Of a stretch of DNA of 64,000 nucleotides, positions 1 to 8,880 are shown one piece after another. Source of the DNA: a virus; IMG/VR virus record IMGVR_UViG_3300027419_000023, one strand, 5' to 3'. Made by a program: the position numbers and the translations under genes. The notes under the pieces are model-generated. The model did no database searches. It was given only the letters and a program-made list of their open reading frames with translations, and had not been told where the DNA came from. Position 1 is the first letter of the stretch, and the number at the start of each line of letters is the position of its first letter.

Positions 1-1
1 T

Positions 2-619
2 TAAATTTATTTTATTATACTTTAGAAAGAACCATCCAATTTTGTTTTTTGCTTCTGGCCTTATATATCCTTTAACCTCCCACCAAATATCTAATTCAGG
101 TAAATAAAAATCCGGTGTATATGTCCTATCTGTCGGTATAGAAAAAGACTTTGGTTCGTATTCCCATTTAATCCCGATTTTAGTAAGTACCGTAGCGACT
201 CGTGTCTCGTAACTAGACCTTAACCATATCTTTCTATCATTGTATGCAAAATAAGATCCATTTCCCCAATTACTTCCTATAGCAGATGATTTGCCATAAT
301 TCGGATTATTTTTTCCACTCATTCGTATTGCCTGAGCAATTCGCCTTTCAGGTGTCCATGAAATCCTCATTTTTTCTTTAGCTTCAGGAGAAATTTTCTT
401 CCCAGCATTTTTACCTTTCATTCCTTCTGACATTCTAACTAATGTTTCAGGTGATCTCTTCTTACCAAACAATGGATGTTTATTACCTCTCATTGCATTT
501 CCTTTGCATTTATTTGAACAGAATTTTCCGCCGTTACGAAGTATTCTAGACTTAATAATATAAAAGTCTTTTCCGCAAAATTCGCATTTTCTTATGGTTC
601 CACTTTTATTGTTTGGCAA
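2..619 (-). CDS. NUMOD3 + PD-(D/E)XK putative homing endonuclease (copy 1; runs off window start)
   Basis: Not in ORF track. Manual translation from TTG 619 after GGAGAA SD gives CEFCGK..FCSNKC, HPLFGKKRS, WLRSSYE..WEYEPK..TPDFYLPELDIWWEVKG. Confidence 0.8.
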   Translation of the reverse strand, partial: MPNNKSGTIRKCEFCGKDFYIIKSRILRNGGKFCSNKCKGNAMRGNKHPLFGKKRSPETLVRMSEGMKGKNAGKKISPEAKEKMRISWTPERRIAQAIRMSGKNNPNYGKSSAIGSNWGNGSYFAYNDRKIWLRSSYETRVATVLTKIGIKWEYEPKSFSIPTDRTYTPDFYLPELDIWWEVKGYIRPEAKNKIGWFFLKYNKINL

Positions 620-689
620 TAAAATTCTCCTAAAAAGGTGTTTATAAACAAAGGTGGTATTTTACCTATATATACTTGTTGGTCGTAAT

Positions 690-1826
690 CTATTTATATC
701 TAAATAAATTAGCTTGCGGGTCTTTCTTAGGCAACTCTGAAAACAATGATTTATATCGTTCATATACAATAGAAGACTTATGATTTTCAAAGTCCTTAAA
801 TATATTATTTATATTATCAAATAGCTGTAATTCTCCGATTGATCGAGAGTATTCGCGTAAGGTATCCTCATCATCTACCATACAGTTCATCATTCGATTG
901 ACTTCTATATATTGATACATGTCGTGATATGACAACAGGAGCGGAGTCATCGGATCAGTTTGATTATAAAGTTCTGATATAGTCATTTTACTACATACAG
1001 GACAATCACATGGAACATCATTCACTGCGTTAGCGAATTCTCTCCCAAGTCGTATACAATGCCGTACATCTAGTGGGAACCAGTAGTCCCGGAATCTAGA
1101 TCCCCATGACCACGAAGACGAATCGAAAGTAATCGATGCACCCGTATACTTAGCTAGCATAGCAAGTGATAGCATATTGCTTGGACCGCTTACCCCAAAG
1201 AAATGTGTATTCGTAAGTGGACTTTCTTCTCCCTTCTCTAGTAGATATAAGTATGCAAATACTTTCAAGTACACGTTAGTGCTTGGATGTACTCCTATAG
1301 CCCATCCATCGAAACTAAAGTCCTTTACTTCCTTATACCAAGTATCTATTTGGTCGAGGGTACGCCCATGTAAAATATTATAAAGAGCAAAATCATAATT
1401 AGTACGATTATCCTCGAAGAATTTAAAATTTTCCTTTGATTCTGATAGAGCGCCTTCAAAGTCTCGTACAGGAGGCACATCTAAGTTCATTCCAATGTCT
1501 ACATTATTTTCAAGCCACCTTAATACCTGCATAGGCGTAACATCTACCTGCCTGCCTTTCTTGCCGAATGACATTACTTGGAAGCCGCCGCTGTCCCCTA
1601 ATGTAATAACATCTTCAGGATAATTCATTACATTTTTGTGATCTAAGTCATCGGCTGTTATACGATAGTATGCGCTCATTAATAGAAATTTGTGATCAAA
1701 AAATGAGTTGCCAGACTCGAAAAACTTGAATCCAGATCCTTTATATTCAGTATTTTTTAACCATTGTACGATATTATTATCTCCAATCGCAGGAACGTAG
1801 TTAGATCCTTTAGGAATTATTTTCAT
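690..1826 (-). CDS. dpdA: TGT-family 7-deazaguanine DNA transglycosylase (DpdA-like), paralogue 1
   Basis: DSGGFQ, MNLDVPP, GWAIG, HFFG, FDSSS and CDCPVC..H zinc site; no PUA domain; near queE; start moved to ATG 1826 after GAGGT SD. Confidence 0.82.
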   Translation of the reverse strand: MKIIPKGSNYVPAIGDNNIVQWLKNTEYKGSGFKFFESGNSFFDHKFLLMSAYYRITADDLDHKNVMNYPEDVITLGDSGGFQVMSFGKKGRQVDVTPMQVLRWLENNVDIGMNLDVPPVRDFEGALSESKENFKFFEDNRTNYDFALYNILHGRTLDQIDTWYKEVKDFSFDGWAIGVHPSTNVYLKVFAYLYLLEKGEESPLTNTHFFGVSGPSNMLSLAMLAKYTGASITFDSSSWSWGSRFRDYWFPLDVRHCIRLGREFANAVNDVPCDCPVCSKMTISELYNQTDPMTPLLLSYHDMYQYIEVNRMMNCMVDDEDTLREYSRSIGELQLFDNINNIFKDFENHKSSIVYERYKSLFSELPKKDPQANLFRYK

Positions 1827-2973
1827 TTTTAACCTCTGGATAAGAGAACATATTTCGTTCAACTGAATCCGTATTCCTTAGTGTCATTAGATGTTTGTAC
1901 TTATTATAAGTTTTATCGCATCCATTGTTATGATAGTATTCTATCATAGATGATACTATTTTAACTGTTTTTTCTTCTCCAACTGATTTAGCGTATTCCA
2001 TGAATGCATAATCATCGGTTACTAACGCATTTACCATACGGTTGACTTCTATGTATTGATAGAGATTATGCAGCATTAACAGAGTGCCCACGTCAGTTCC
2101 GGTTCGTTGATACAAATCTTCAATTGTTAAGTTTCTGCATACTGGACAATTGCATGGAATGGATTTCATATTAAGTTTTGATGTTCTACCAAAATCAGTA
2201 CTAAATCTAATATCCTTAGGAAAATAAAATCTTCTATATATTGATCCGGTCGCATAAGAACTAGAATCAAATGTAATTGACGAATCGAAATGATTGCTCA
2301 GCATTGCCATTACAAGCATGTTCTTGATACCGCTTATTCCAAACATATGGAAGTTTGTATTTAAGTTAAGAGCGTCCTTTTCATGCAAAAACATGTAACC
2401 CAATGTTTGTAAATAAACATTATCTGCCGGCCTAACTCCTAGCGCCCACCCGTTAAAACTTTTAAATTTTTCAACGGCGCTATACCAAGTTTTCATTTCA
2501 TCTAGCGTTTTTCCATGCAACACATTATATAGCTTCATATCATAATTTATTCTATTTTTTTCAAATAATTCAAAGTTCTCAATAGATTCCTTTAATGATG
2601 CATTGAAATTGCTCCACGGAGGTACATCTAAATTCATCCCGATATCTGCATTAGCTTCCATCCAACGTAATACCTGTAACGAGCTTACTTCAATTTTATT
2701 TCCTTTGCTTCTAAAGTTCGCTATCTGAAATCCGCCAGAATCCGCTATAAGAATATAGTTTTCTGGATACTTATATTCATTTCTAAAACTTATAGTACCC
2801 TCTAGTAGTTCCCAATAGGTCGTAGTTAAAGCATAATTATATTGAAAAAATGAATCCCCTTGAAAGAATCTCATATCATGGTTTTTATATTTATAATTAC
2901 TTTTCCATAATTTACTTCTAAATACGTCTGCTACCGCAGGTATAAATATAGCCTTCTTTTCTAATGGTTGCAT
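1810..2973 (-). CDS. dpdA: TGT-family 7-deazaguanine DNA transglycosylase (DpdA-like), paralogue 2
   Basis: DSGGFQ, MNLDVPP, GWALG, HMFG, FDSSS and CNCPVC..HN zinc site; full-length paralogue of 690..1826. Confidence 0.82.
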   Translation of the reverse strand: MQPLEKKAIFIPAVADVFRSKLWKSNYKYKNHDMRFFQGDSFFQYNYALTTTYWELLEGTISFRNEYKYPENYILIADSGGFQIANFRSKGNKIEVSSLQVLRWMEANADIGMNLDVPPWSNFNASLKESIENFELFEKNRINYDMKLYNVLHGKTLDEMKTWYSAVEKFKSFNGWALGVRPADNVYLQTLGYMFLHEKDALNLNTNFHMFGISGIKNMLVMAMLSNHFDSSITFDSSSYATGSIYRRFYFPKDIRFSTDFGRTSKLNMKSIPCNCPVCRNLTIEDLYQRTGTDVGTLLMLHNLYQYIEVNRMVNALVTDDYAFMEYAKSVGEEKTVKIVSSMIEYYHNNGCDKTYNKYKHLMTLRNTDSVERNMFSYPEVKNENNS

Positions 2974-3046
2974 TAAAACACCTATAAAAATATAATCTAA
3001 AAATGTAAAAGAGATTCGAGTATAAAAAGGTTTTGCTCTCCGAGAT

Positions 3047-3712
3047 TTACGGCCGGAAGAACAATGGATGTCCGTTCTCGACGAATCTAAGATGTTCCGA
3101 AGCTATATTCACGATCCTCGGAAAGTCTCCGCCTCGAGCTATTAGTCCCGATCGTATATCCATTACTTCTTTTTCTGGATTGCCAACCTCGGTAAGTTTT
3201 CTTGCGATAGCACTTATAGTAGCGAACTTATTCCTCTTTAGGCTACTTACATCAAGTTCAGGTTTTGCTTCTGAACCCTCTGGAAATTCATGGACTTCAG
3301 TGTACTCGACACTCGGAACAGCTGGCTTAATAATAGCCAGTTTCTCCTTTATAACTAATTTACTAGATTCTTCTTCATCTGAGCGTTCGCTAGTTAATAC
3401 ACTATCATTAGAACTAGCTGGAGGCGTCTTAACAACAGAAGGCTCGGGAAGTTCCGAGTCTCCTGTTGAAGCAGCTTCTTCTGCATTATGGACTTCTGGT
3501 GTCACTATTTCTTTATGGGTGAAGGCTTGCCTCATCCTATTCCGGTATGTGGACGACACTGCATGCTTAGAGATTTCCGTTGCATTTTCAGGGATAATAT
3601 CCCCTATATGGAAAGCTCTATGGGTACTCTTTCCGTTCTCCTTTACAATTTTGTAGTATCTAACCTCTTTTCCACAGATCTTGCATATGTCTTTCTTTTC
3701 ATCGACTGACAT
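3047..3712 (-). CDS. Zinc-finger protein (CxxC..HxxxH) with acidic linker and helical C-terminal domain
   Basis: CKICG..THRAFH; paralogue of 3772..4167; start at ATG 3712 after GGAGTGA. Confidence 0.6.
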   Translation of the reverse strand: MSVDEKKDICKICGKEVRYYKIVKENGKSTHRAFHIGDIIPENATEISKHAVSSTYRNRMRQAFTHKEIVTPEVHNAEEAASTGDSELPEPSVVKTPPASSNDSVLTSERSDEEESSKLVIKEKLAIIKPAVPSVEYTEVHEFPEGSEAKPELDVSSLKRNKFATISAIARKLTEVGNPEKEVMDIRSGLIARGGDFPRIVNIASEHLRFVENGHPLFFRP

Positions 3713-3771
3713 TTTTATCACTCCATTACGTATTATTATAATTATTATAAATTTAATATTATGTCCGGAAC

Positions 3772-4167
3772 TCAATTCCGGACGATCTTTAGATATGGAG
3801 CAGCCAGCTCGATATCGGTCTGGAAATTGCTTCCCTTGGCCAGCATCTTTTTCCTCATCTCGGTTGCATCTTCTGCAGACATCCCGTTTTCCTTCATGAT
3901 ATTTATAGCTTCTGTTACCATCACGATGCGATTCATTCCAGTGGCGTCCAGCACCGGTACGGAGACGTGTCCATTATGGGGGATAGCATCCCGCAATCTC
4001 TTTCGGTATGTCGGGCTAATATCATGGATGTCGTTTAGCACAATCATTCCAGCCGGTACCTCTCCTGCATGGAAAGCTCTATGCGTAATCTTCCCATCGG
4101 CCTTAATGACCTTTACGTATTCGACGTTCCTTCCGCAAACCGGGCATATGTTTTTCTTAGTGTACAT
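3772..4167 (-). CDS. Zinc-finger protein (CxxC..HxxxH), short paralogue of 3047..3712
   Basis: CPVCG..THRAFH; both terminal domains align with the neighbour; BRE/TATA at about 4226-4242. Confidence 0.6.
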   Translation of the reverse strand: MYTKKNICPVCGRNVEYVKVIKADGKITHRAFHAGEVPAGMIVLNDIHDISPTYRKRLRDAIPHNGHVSVPVLDATGMNRIVMVTEAINIMKENGMSAEDATEMRKKMLAKGSNFQTDIELAAPYLKIVRN

Positions 4168-4361
4168 ATTTCATCATTCCTGCTGTAGTATCTTATACAT
4201 CAGCAATACTATATACGGCAGGCAAGTATTTAAAGGTTTTGCCATATGACCTAGCATTATTTGATAATATGTACGAAATCGATAACCATAAAAAATAGAT
4301 TGATTTTCTATTAGATGGACTGACGGAAATGCGCGACTAAAAAATATGAATTCGCGACGTG

Positions 4362-4823
4362 CTAGAAATCAAAAAGAGATTTACCACACTTCTTTTTAGG
4401 TTGCTTTACCTTTTCTATCTTTACTTCGCGAAGTCCTAGTAATTTTCTTTCCTTATTATCGCATCCTAATGATGTAGCTATTTGATTCCAATCAATATAA
4501 TCAAATACTTTCTTATTATGATTAAATTCTTGATCAGACCATTTGTAGTACTTCATTACGAGAGTTTTTTTCAATTCAAATGATTTATCTCTCGCTTCTT
4601 TTGATGACTTAGGATACTTTACATATACATTAGTATCTTTCATTCCTGATGCCAGCATATGCAGCGTAATCTGAGGATCCAAGAAAAATATATATTTATT
4701 TACTTCTTGACACCATGATAAATCTCGTATACTCGCGCTAGCCCATCGCAACAAAGGGTAGAGCATTTTGGTATCTACTTGAGATAATCTCTTTGCCTTG
4801 AGGTTATTAAAGCTATTATACAT
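4362..4823 (-). CDS. Putative second clamp-loader subunit (T4 gp62-like position and size)
   Basis: Directly follows RFC ATPase; KY(P)K..(K)YY pattern; C-terminal PIP-like KSLFDF. Confidence 0.6.
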   Translation of the reverse strand: MYNSFNNLKAKRLSQVDTKMLYPLLRWASASIRDLSWCQEVNKYIFFLDPQITLHMLASGMKDTNVYVKYPKSSKEARDKSFELKKTLVMKYYKWSDQEFNHNKKVFDYIDWNQIATSLGCDNKERKLLGLREVKIEKVKQPKKKCGKSLFDF

Positions 4824-4833
4824 GAATATAATC

Positions 4834-5700
4834 CTATTTCATTAGTTTGATCATTAAATTCTCTATAAGGATTTCTTTCCATGCTACTTGGCCCAACCAT
4901 TTATATGATTCGGCAATAGATGTTACCGCGCGCTGTTTATATTCAGAAGATTCTGAACTATCATATATTGTTTGATCGAGATCTTTCAATAATTGTTCAT
5001 AGTCTGGATGACTGTCGAGAATAATCTGCCTAATGGAATTAAAGTCTTTCTTTTTTATTAATTCAAATATTTTTGTTGATAATTTTATTTCACTTAATAT
5101 TCGTGATGATGTTATACCATCCTTATTTTGTTCTATTTTGTTTATAGCAGACCGTATATCATTCCCTGTTTGATCGACTATTTTTTTTAGTGCATCCAAT
5201 TCATAAGGTATTTTTTCATTTTCGCATATAAATTTCAGACGATCGACTATTTGTTCTTTCGGTATATTATCAAATTTAATTAATATACATCTAGATTTTA
5301 ATGGATCTATAATACGATTTATGTAGTTACATGTTAATATAAATCTAGTATTTCGCGAATATGTTTCCATGGTGTTGCGAAGAGCGGTTTGGGCGTCTGG
5401 AGTTAAATGATCGGCTTCGTCTAGAAATACTATTTTTATATTACTATCCATGCTTTTAGTCGATGCAAAGTCTCTTACTTTATCTCGCACGACATCAATA
5501 CCGCGTTCTGAGCTTGCATTCAATACTATATAATCGCATTTTAATGTATTTATAATAATTCTTGCCAGCGTAGTTTTTCCTATACCAGGGCTTCCATAGA
5601 GTAATAAGTGAGGTAAAGAGTCATCGATGTTAAAGGTATTATTAAATCCTATTAAATCTTCTATCTTTTGAGGCCGATATTTTTCAACAAGTAATGGCAT
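4834..5700 (-). CDS. rfcS: Replication factor C small subunit / clamp-loader AAA+ ATPase
   Basis: [32 protein letters not shown] motif. Confidence 0.95.
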   Translation of the reverse strand: MPLLVEKYRPQKIEDLIGFNNTFNIDDSLPHLLLYGSPGIGKTTLARIIINTLKCDYIVLNASSERGIDVVRDKVRDFASTKSMDSNIKIVFLDEADHLTPDAQTALRNTMETYSRNTRFILTCNYINRIIDPLKSRCILIKFDNIPKEQIVDRLKFICENEKIPYELDALKKIVDQTGNDIRSAINKIEQNKDGITSSRILSEIKLSTKIFELIKKKDFNSIRQIILDSHPDYEQLLKDLDQTIYDSSESSEYKQRAVTSIAESYKWLGQVAWKEILIENLMIKLMK

Positions 5701-5731
5701 TAAAATCCTCCTAAAAAAGTGAAGTTAAGGT

Positions 5732-6454
5732 TTAGCTAGTCTGTACTTCATCGACTGGAGATACAGGAGATACCATCCATTTGATGACACTATCTGTATC
5801 TTTACTGACTATCAGCATCGGATAGTCGTTATTAAAAGAAATATTAACTCGTCCTGTTATAACGGATATAAATTCTAAGAAAGTGCATCCATATTTCCCG
5901 ATAACGTCCTTATAGTCGGCTGATGTTTTTATAGTTATCTTATTAAAATTATCCTCGCCTGTTCGGACATATAGTATCCTATCTTTTACTTCTGCAATGA
6001 CTCCTATTTTGCTGGTACCTAATATTTGAGTCGACTTCTTAACATTTGTCCAAATAGCGCTATCTACTTCGAATCCTCCGTCATGTGCTAAGGTAGGCAA
6101 TTCTTCGAGGTTACATTCCAAGAATTGTTCATCTGGAATAATCAAATCTGCATCTATTCCACTAGATGATATATGGAAAATATTTTCTCCTTGCCGGGAC
6201 AATTCTATAGTACCATTCATAGTGCCTAATATGCTAATTAAGGTAGACATATTTTTAATTGGTACATTCATTTCATGATATTCGGTGAAGTTACTAATTT
6301 TCAGGAGACCCGTAGTCGCACCGGTCATCGTTATGTCTTTTAGTGTAACTACAAGACCTTCAGGACCGAACTTTAAAATTCCATCTGTTATACTACCATT
6401 TATACTTACTTTCTTTATAAAGTCTAATAGTGTCTTTGCGTTGATTTTCGTCAC
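5732..6454 (-). CDS. DNA sliding clamp (PCNA/gp45-like)
   Basis: 240 aa beta-rich, ends in PMLI..IKWMVSP like PCNA; adjacent to RFC. Confidence 0.8.
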   Translation of the reverse strand: MTKINAKTLLDFIKKVSINGSITDGILKFGPEGLVVTLKDITMTGATTGLLKISNFTEYHEMNVPIKNMSTLISILGTMNGTIELSRQGENIFHISSSGIDADLIIPDEQFLECNLEELPTLAHDGGFEVDSAIWTNVKKSTQILGTSKIGVIAEVKDRILYVRTGEDNFNKITIKTSADYKDVIGKYGCTFLEFISVITGRVNISFNNDYPMLIVSKDTDSVIKWMVSPVSPVDEVQTS

Positions 6455-6546
6455 TTATAATACCTCGCTAAAAAATAGAATTCGTATAATTCTATGCTAG
6501 TTAATCTAGTTAAAATAATAGTATATAAAGATTTTGGTTGTTCTTT

Positions 6547-7197
6547 CTATTTTCCTAAGTTTCGGATATGTAATCTATCTGAAAAATTTGTTCCCAATCG
6601 AAGAGATGTTTTCCATGTATTTGGACCGCTAATACTAAGTTCATGAGGTGTTGCTCCGCCTGGCATTACAAAGATCTTGCCGACATCAAGATTAAATTCC
6701 TGAATTAAAGATCTTAGTGTTCCTTCGCTATACATCCAGGGAGCTGCGCCTACTACAAACTTAAATACGCAATTATCAATAGATTTCCAGTTATTAAAAA
6801 ATTCTCGTCTCTGTTGTAAGGATTTAAAGCAGTCTTGTTTAGGACTAACCATTATAAATCGGAAATACTTTGCAAATTCGGAATCTAAAGGAATAATGCC
6901 ATTAGTTTCTAAGTCTACTTTTTTATCAGTTAAGTTGTCTAATAATTCTTTTAATTCCTCTTTTTGAAGTAATGGTTCTCCTCCGGTGATAACGAGTTGG
7001 GTGTTTGCAGGATGTCTTCCTAAATGTTCCCGAATCCGTTGTAGTAAGTCCGGTATAGTTATTTCTTCGATTTTTATCGCAGGGGTATCGCATCCTTTAC
7101 ATGAAAGTTGACATCCGGCTAGTCGAACGAATAAAACCGGCCTTCCTTGAATTGGCCCTTCGCCCTGAAGGCTATAAAACAAATCATATATCTTCAT
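6547..7197 (-). CDS. queE: 7-carboxy-7-deazaguanine synthase (radical SAM)
   Basis: SLQGEG, FVRLAGCQLSCKGCDT (CxxxCxxC), ITGGEP, LETNG, VSPK, RLH. Confidence 0.92.
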   Translation of the reverse strand: MKIYDLFYSLQGEGPIQGRPVLFVRLAGCQLSCKGCDTPAIKIEEITIPDLLQRIREHLGRHPANTQLVITGGEPLLQKEELKELLDNLTDKKVDLETNGIIPLDSEFAKYFRFIMVSPKQDCFKSLQQRREFFNNWKSIDNCVFKFVVGAAPWMYSEGTLRSLIQEFNLDVGKIFVMPGGATPHELSISGPNTWKTSLRLGTNFSDRLHIRNLGK

Positions 7198-7220
7198 ATT
7201 CAATTCAATAGACGCTTATT

Positions 7221-7238
7221 GTATTTAAAGATTTTGGT
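7221..7238 (-). promoter_or_regulatory. Archaeal BRE+TATA promoter (ACCAAAATCTTTAAATAC), representative of a motif found many times in the window
   Basis: About 25 nt upstream of queE ATG; related copies near 6521, 13301, 16341, 30661, 33741, 48111, 48241, 50301. Confidence 0.75.
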
Positions 7239-7306
7239 TCATTTTCGATTACTTTTTGTAACTGCTACCAAAAAGACTATATACGATACGGTGGTAGTAA
7301 GTTTGT

Positions 7307-7426
7307 ATGATAATCACTGCTTGGGAAATACTGATATTCATATTAGGTATAGTAACAGGAACCAGCCTATCATTGATTGTATTCATGTTAGGAGTTGAAT
7401 CCGGATTAAAATCATATAGGACCTGA
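7307..7426 (+). CDS. Small single-TM membrane peptide
   Basis: Manual translation MIITAWEILIFILGIVTGTSLSLIVFMLG..; plus-strand BRE/TATA at about 7267-7283. Confidence 0.45.
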   Translation: MIITAWEILIFILGIVTGTSLSLIVFMLGVESGLKSYRT

Positions 7427-7431
7427 TTAAT

Positions 7432-7644
7432 ATGATAACCGAAATAATATTCGTCACGTTGTCGTTGACCACGACAATCAATGGAACTGGCAACGGTAGT
7501 TATTACCTAATGAATAACGATACGAACGTTACAGAAAACGTAACAGGAGTATTATCCTTGGAAACCAACCATATCATAGAAGGGATACCAGATGCTCCAC
7601 CAGCATTGCAACCTAGATTCCCGATGCCTGTTCCAAGCATGTAA
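7432..7644 (+). CDS. Small exported protein rich in N-glycosylation sequons
   Basis: Hydrophobic N-terminus; NGT, NGS, NDT, NVT, NVT. Confidence 0.5.
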   Translation: MITEIIFVTLSLTTTINGTGNGSYYLMNNDTNVTENVTGVLSLETNHIIEGIPDAPPALQPRFPMPVPSM

Positions 7645-7694
7645 ACCAAAAAGTATTTAACGTTAGAAAGTAACTACAAAGTAGAGGTGAACTT

Positions 7695-8231
7695 ATGTTA
7701 TTAATCGAGAAAGAAAAAGTTGCCACAGAAAAGAAAGTAATTAAGTCGAAAAAATCTACTTGCAAGTATTTCTCAGAAATGTCTATTAAGAGGTTCTCAG
7801 AAATCAGCATAACACCAAGATATACAGTAGATGTAAGAAAAGCAAATTCAGAGTTACAAAAAAATCATGTTTATGTATCCAACGAATCCTGTAAGTCGTT
7901 AAAAGTTAATGTAACAGGAAGTATAGACGTTAAAATTAACATGAAGACTCCTAGTGTTTACGAGGAACTTATTGAACATCTCGAATTAGAAAAGTTCTTG
8001 ATAGACGGGAAAGAAATCGACTTGCCATTATATGATATGGGAGAAATAATTGAATCTCTGGATGGCTATAAAGCCATACGGATCGTGTTAAATAACCTTC
8101 ATACTCTAGGTTATTACCTACCAGAAAAGAATACGTTTGTGTTCGGCAATATCGTTTGGCATGACCATTACTTGTCCATAGTGCTTAGAAATGTATGGCC
8201 ACAAATCCTAGAGAAATTAAATCTAGGATAA
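7695..8231 (+). CDS. Hypothetical protein
   Basis: BRE/TATA at about 7645 and GAGGTGA SD. Confidence 0.65.
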   Translation: MLLIEKEKVATEKKVIKSKKSTCKYFSEMSIKRFSEISITPRYTVDVRKANSELQKNHVYVSNESCKSLKVNVTGSIDVKINMKTPSVYEELIEHLELEKFLIDGKEIDLPLYDMGEIIESLDGYKAIRIVLNNLHTLGYYLPEKNTFVFGNIVWHDHYLSIVLRNVWPQILEKLNLG

Positions 8232-8239
8232 CTTCTTTT

Positions 8240-8875
8240 TTATTCCCAGGAAAATTCTGAGTATTTGTCCAGGAAATCTTCGTAACCTTTTTCTAGTTCC
8301 TCCATGGTAAAGTACTTTACGACAGCTTTCTGTTCTGGATTGCGGTCTAAAATACCGTCTAGGTAAATAAAGCAAACTTTTGGTTTTCTATTCAACATAT
8401 GCCAATATGCAGCAGCTTGCATAATATGATTTGGATAATCTTTTCCAGTTTTTAAATCAATCAAGCAAAGTTCGTTATTTATTTTAGCTAACATATCCAA
8501 CCGACCCGCATATCTTGGATCATTACAAAATAATGCCGTTTCTATAGCAATTGGCCTGATATCTAAATTTAAATCGTTCCACATTTTTAAGCACCGAGAA
8601 ATACGTCCTCGAACTTCAGATCTTGATACATTCCAAATAGGTTCATATGGTAAAGGCAATATTTCTTTAGAATATCTTTTTAGAATATGATAATGAACTA
8701 ACGTTCCAATTACCATTGATGGACTCGTTCCATAATTCTTTTTAGCGGATTTTTGCTTTTGTTGACTAATTATAGTAGTTACAGAAGGATACGGAATATC
8801 AAGATCATTTTTATAATAAAAACGACTACCTTTATTTTCTTTAGTATAATATTTCGAATTGTCTTTTATTATCAT
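8240..8875 (-). CDS. PD-(D/E)XK exonuclease (phage Cas4/RecB-like, no Fe-S cysteines)
   Basis: YPSVTTII, GTLVH, YAGRLD, IDLKTG, QAAAY. Confidence 0.85.
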   Translation of the reverse strand: MIIKDNSKYYTKENKGSRFYYKNDLDIPYPSVTTIISQQKQKSAKKNYGTSPSMVIGTLVHYHILKRYSKEILPLPYEPIWNVSRSEVRGRISRCLKMWNDLNLDIRPIAIETALFCNDPRYAGRLDMLAKINNELCLIDLKTGKDYPNHIMQAAAYWHMLNRKPKVCFIYLDGILDRNPEQKAVVKYFTMEELEKGYEDFLDKYSEFSWE

Positions 8876-8880
8876 AAAAA

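Noticed and set aside
690-2973. Canonical tRNA-guanine transglycosylase (arcTGT/bacterial Tgt) annotation
   Set aside because: There is no PUA/C-terminal arcTGT extension, and the viral context beside queE and replication genes favours DNA-acting DpdA. tRNA activity of one copy is not excluded.
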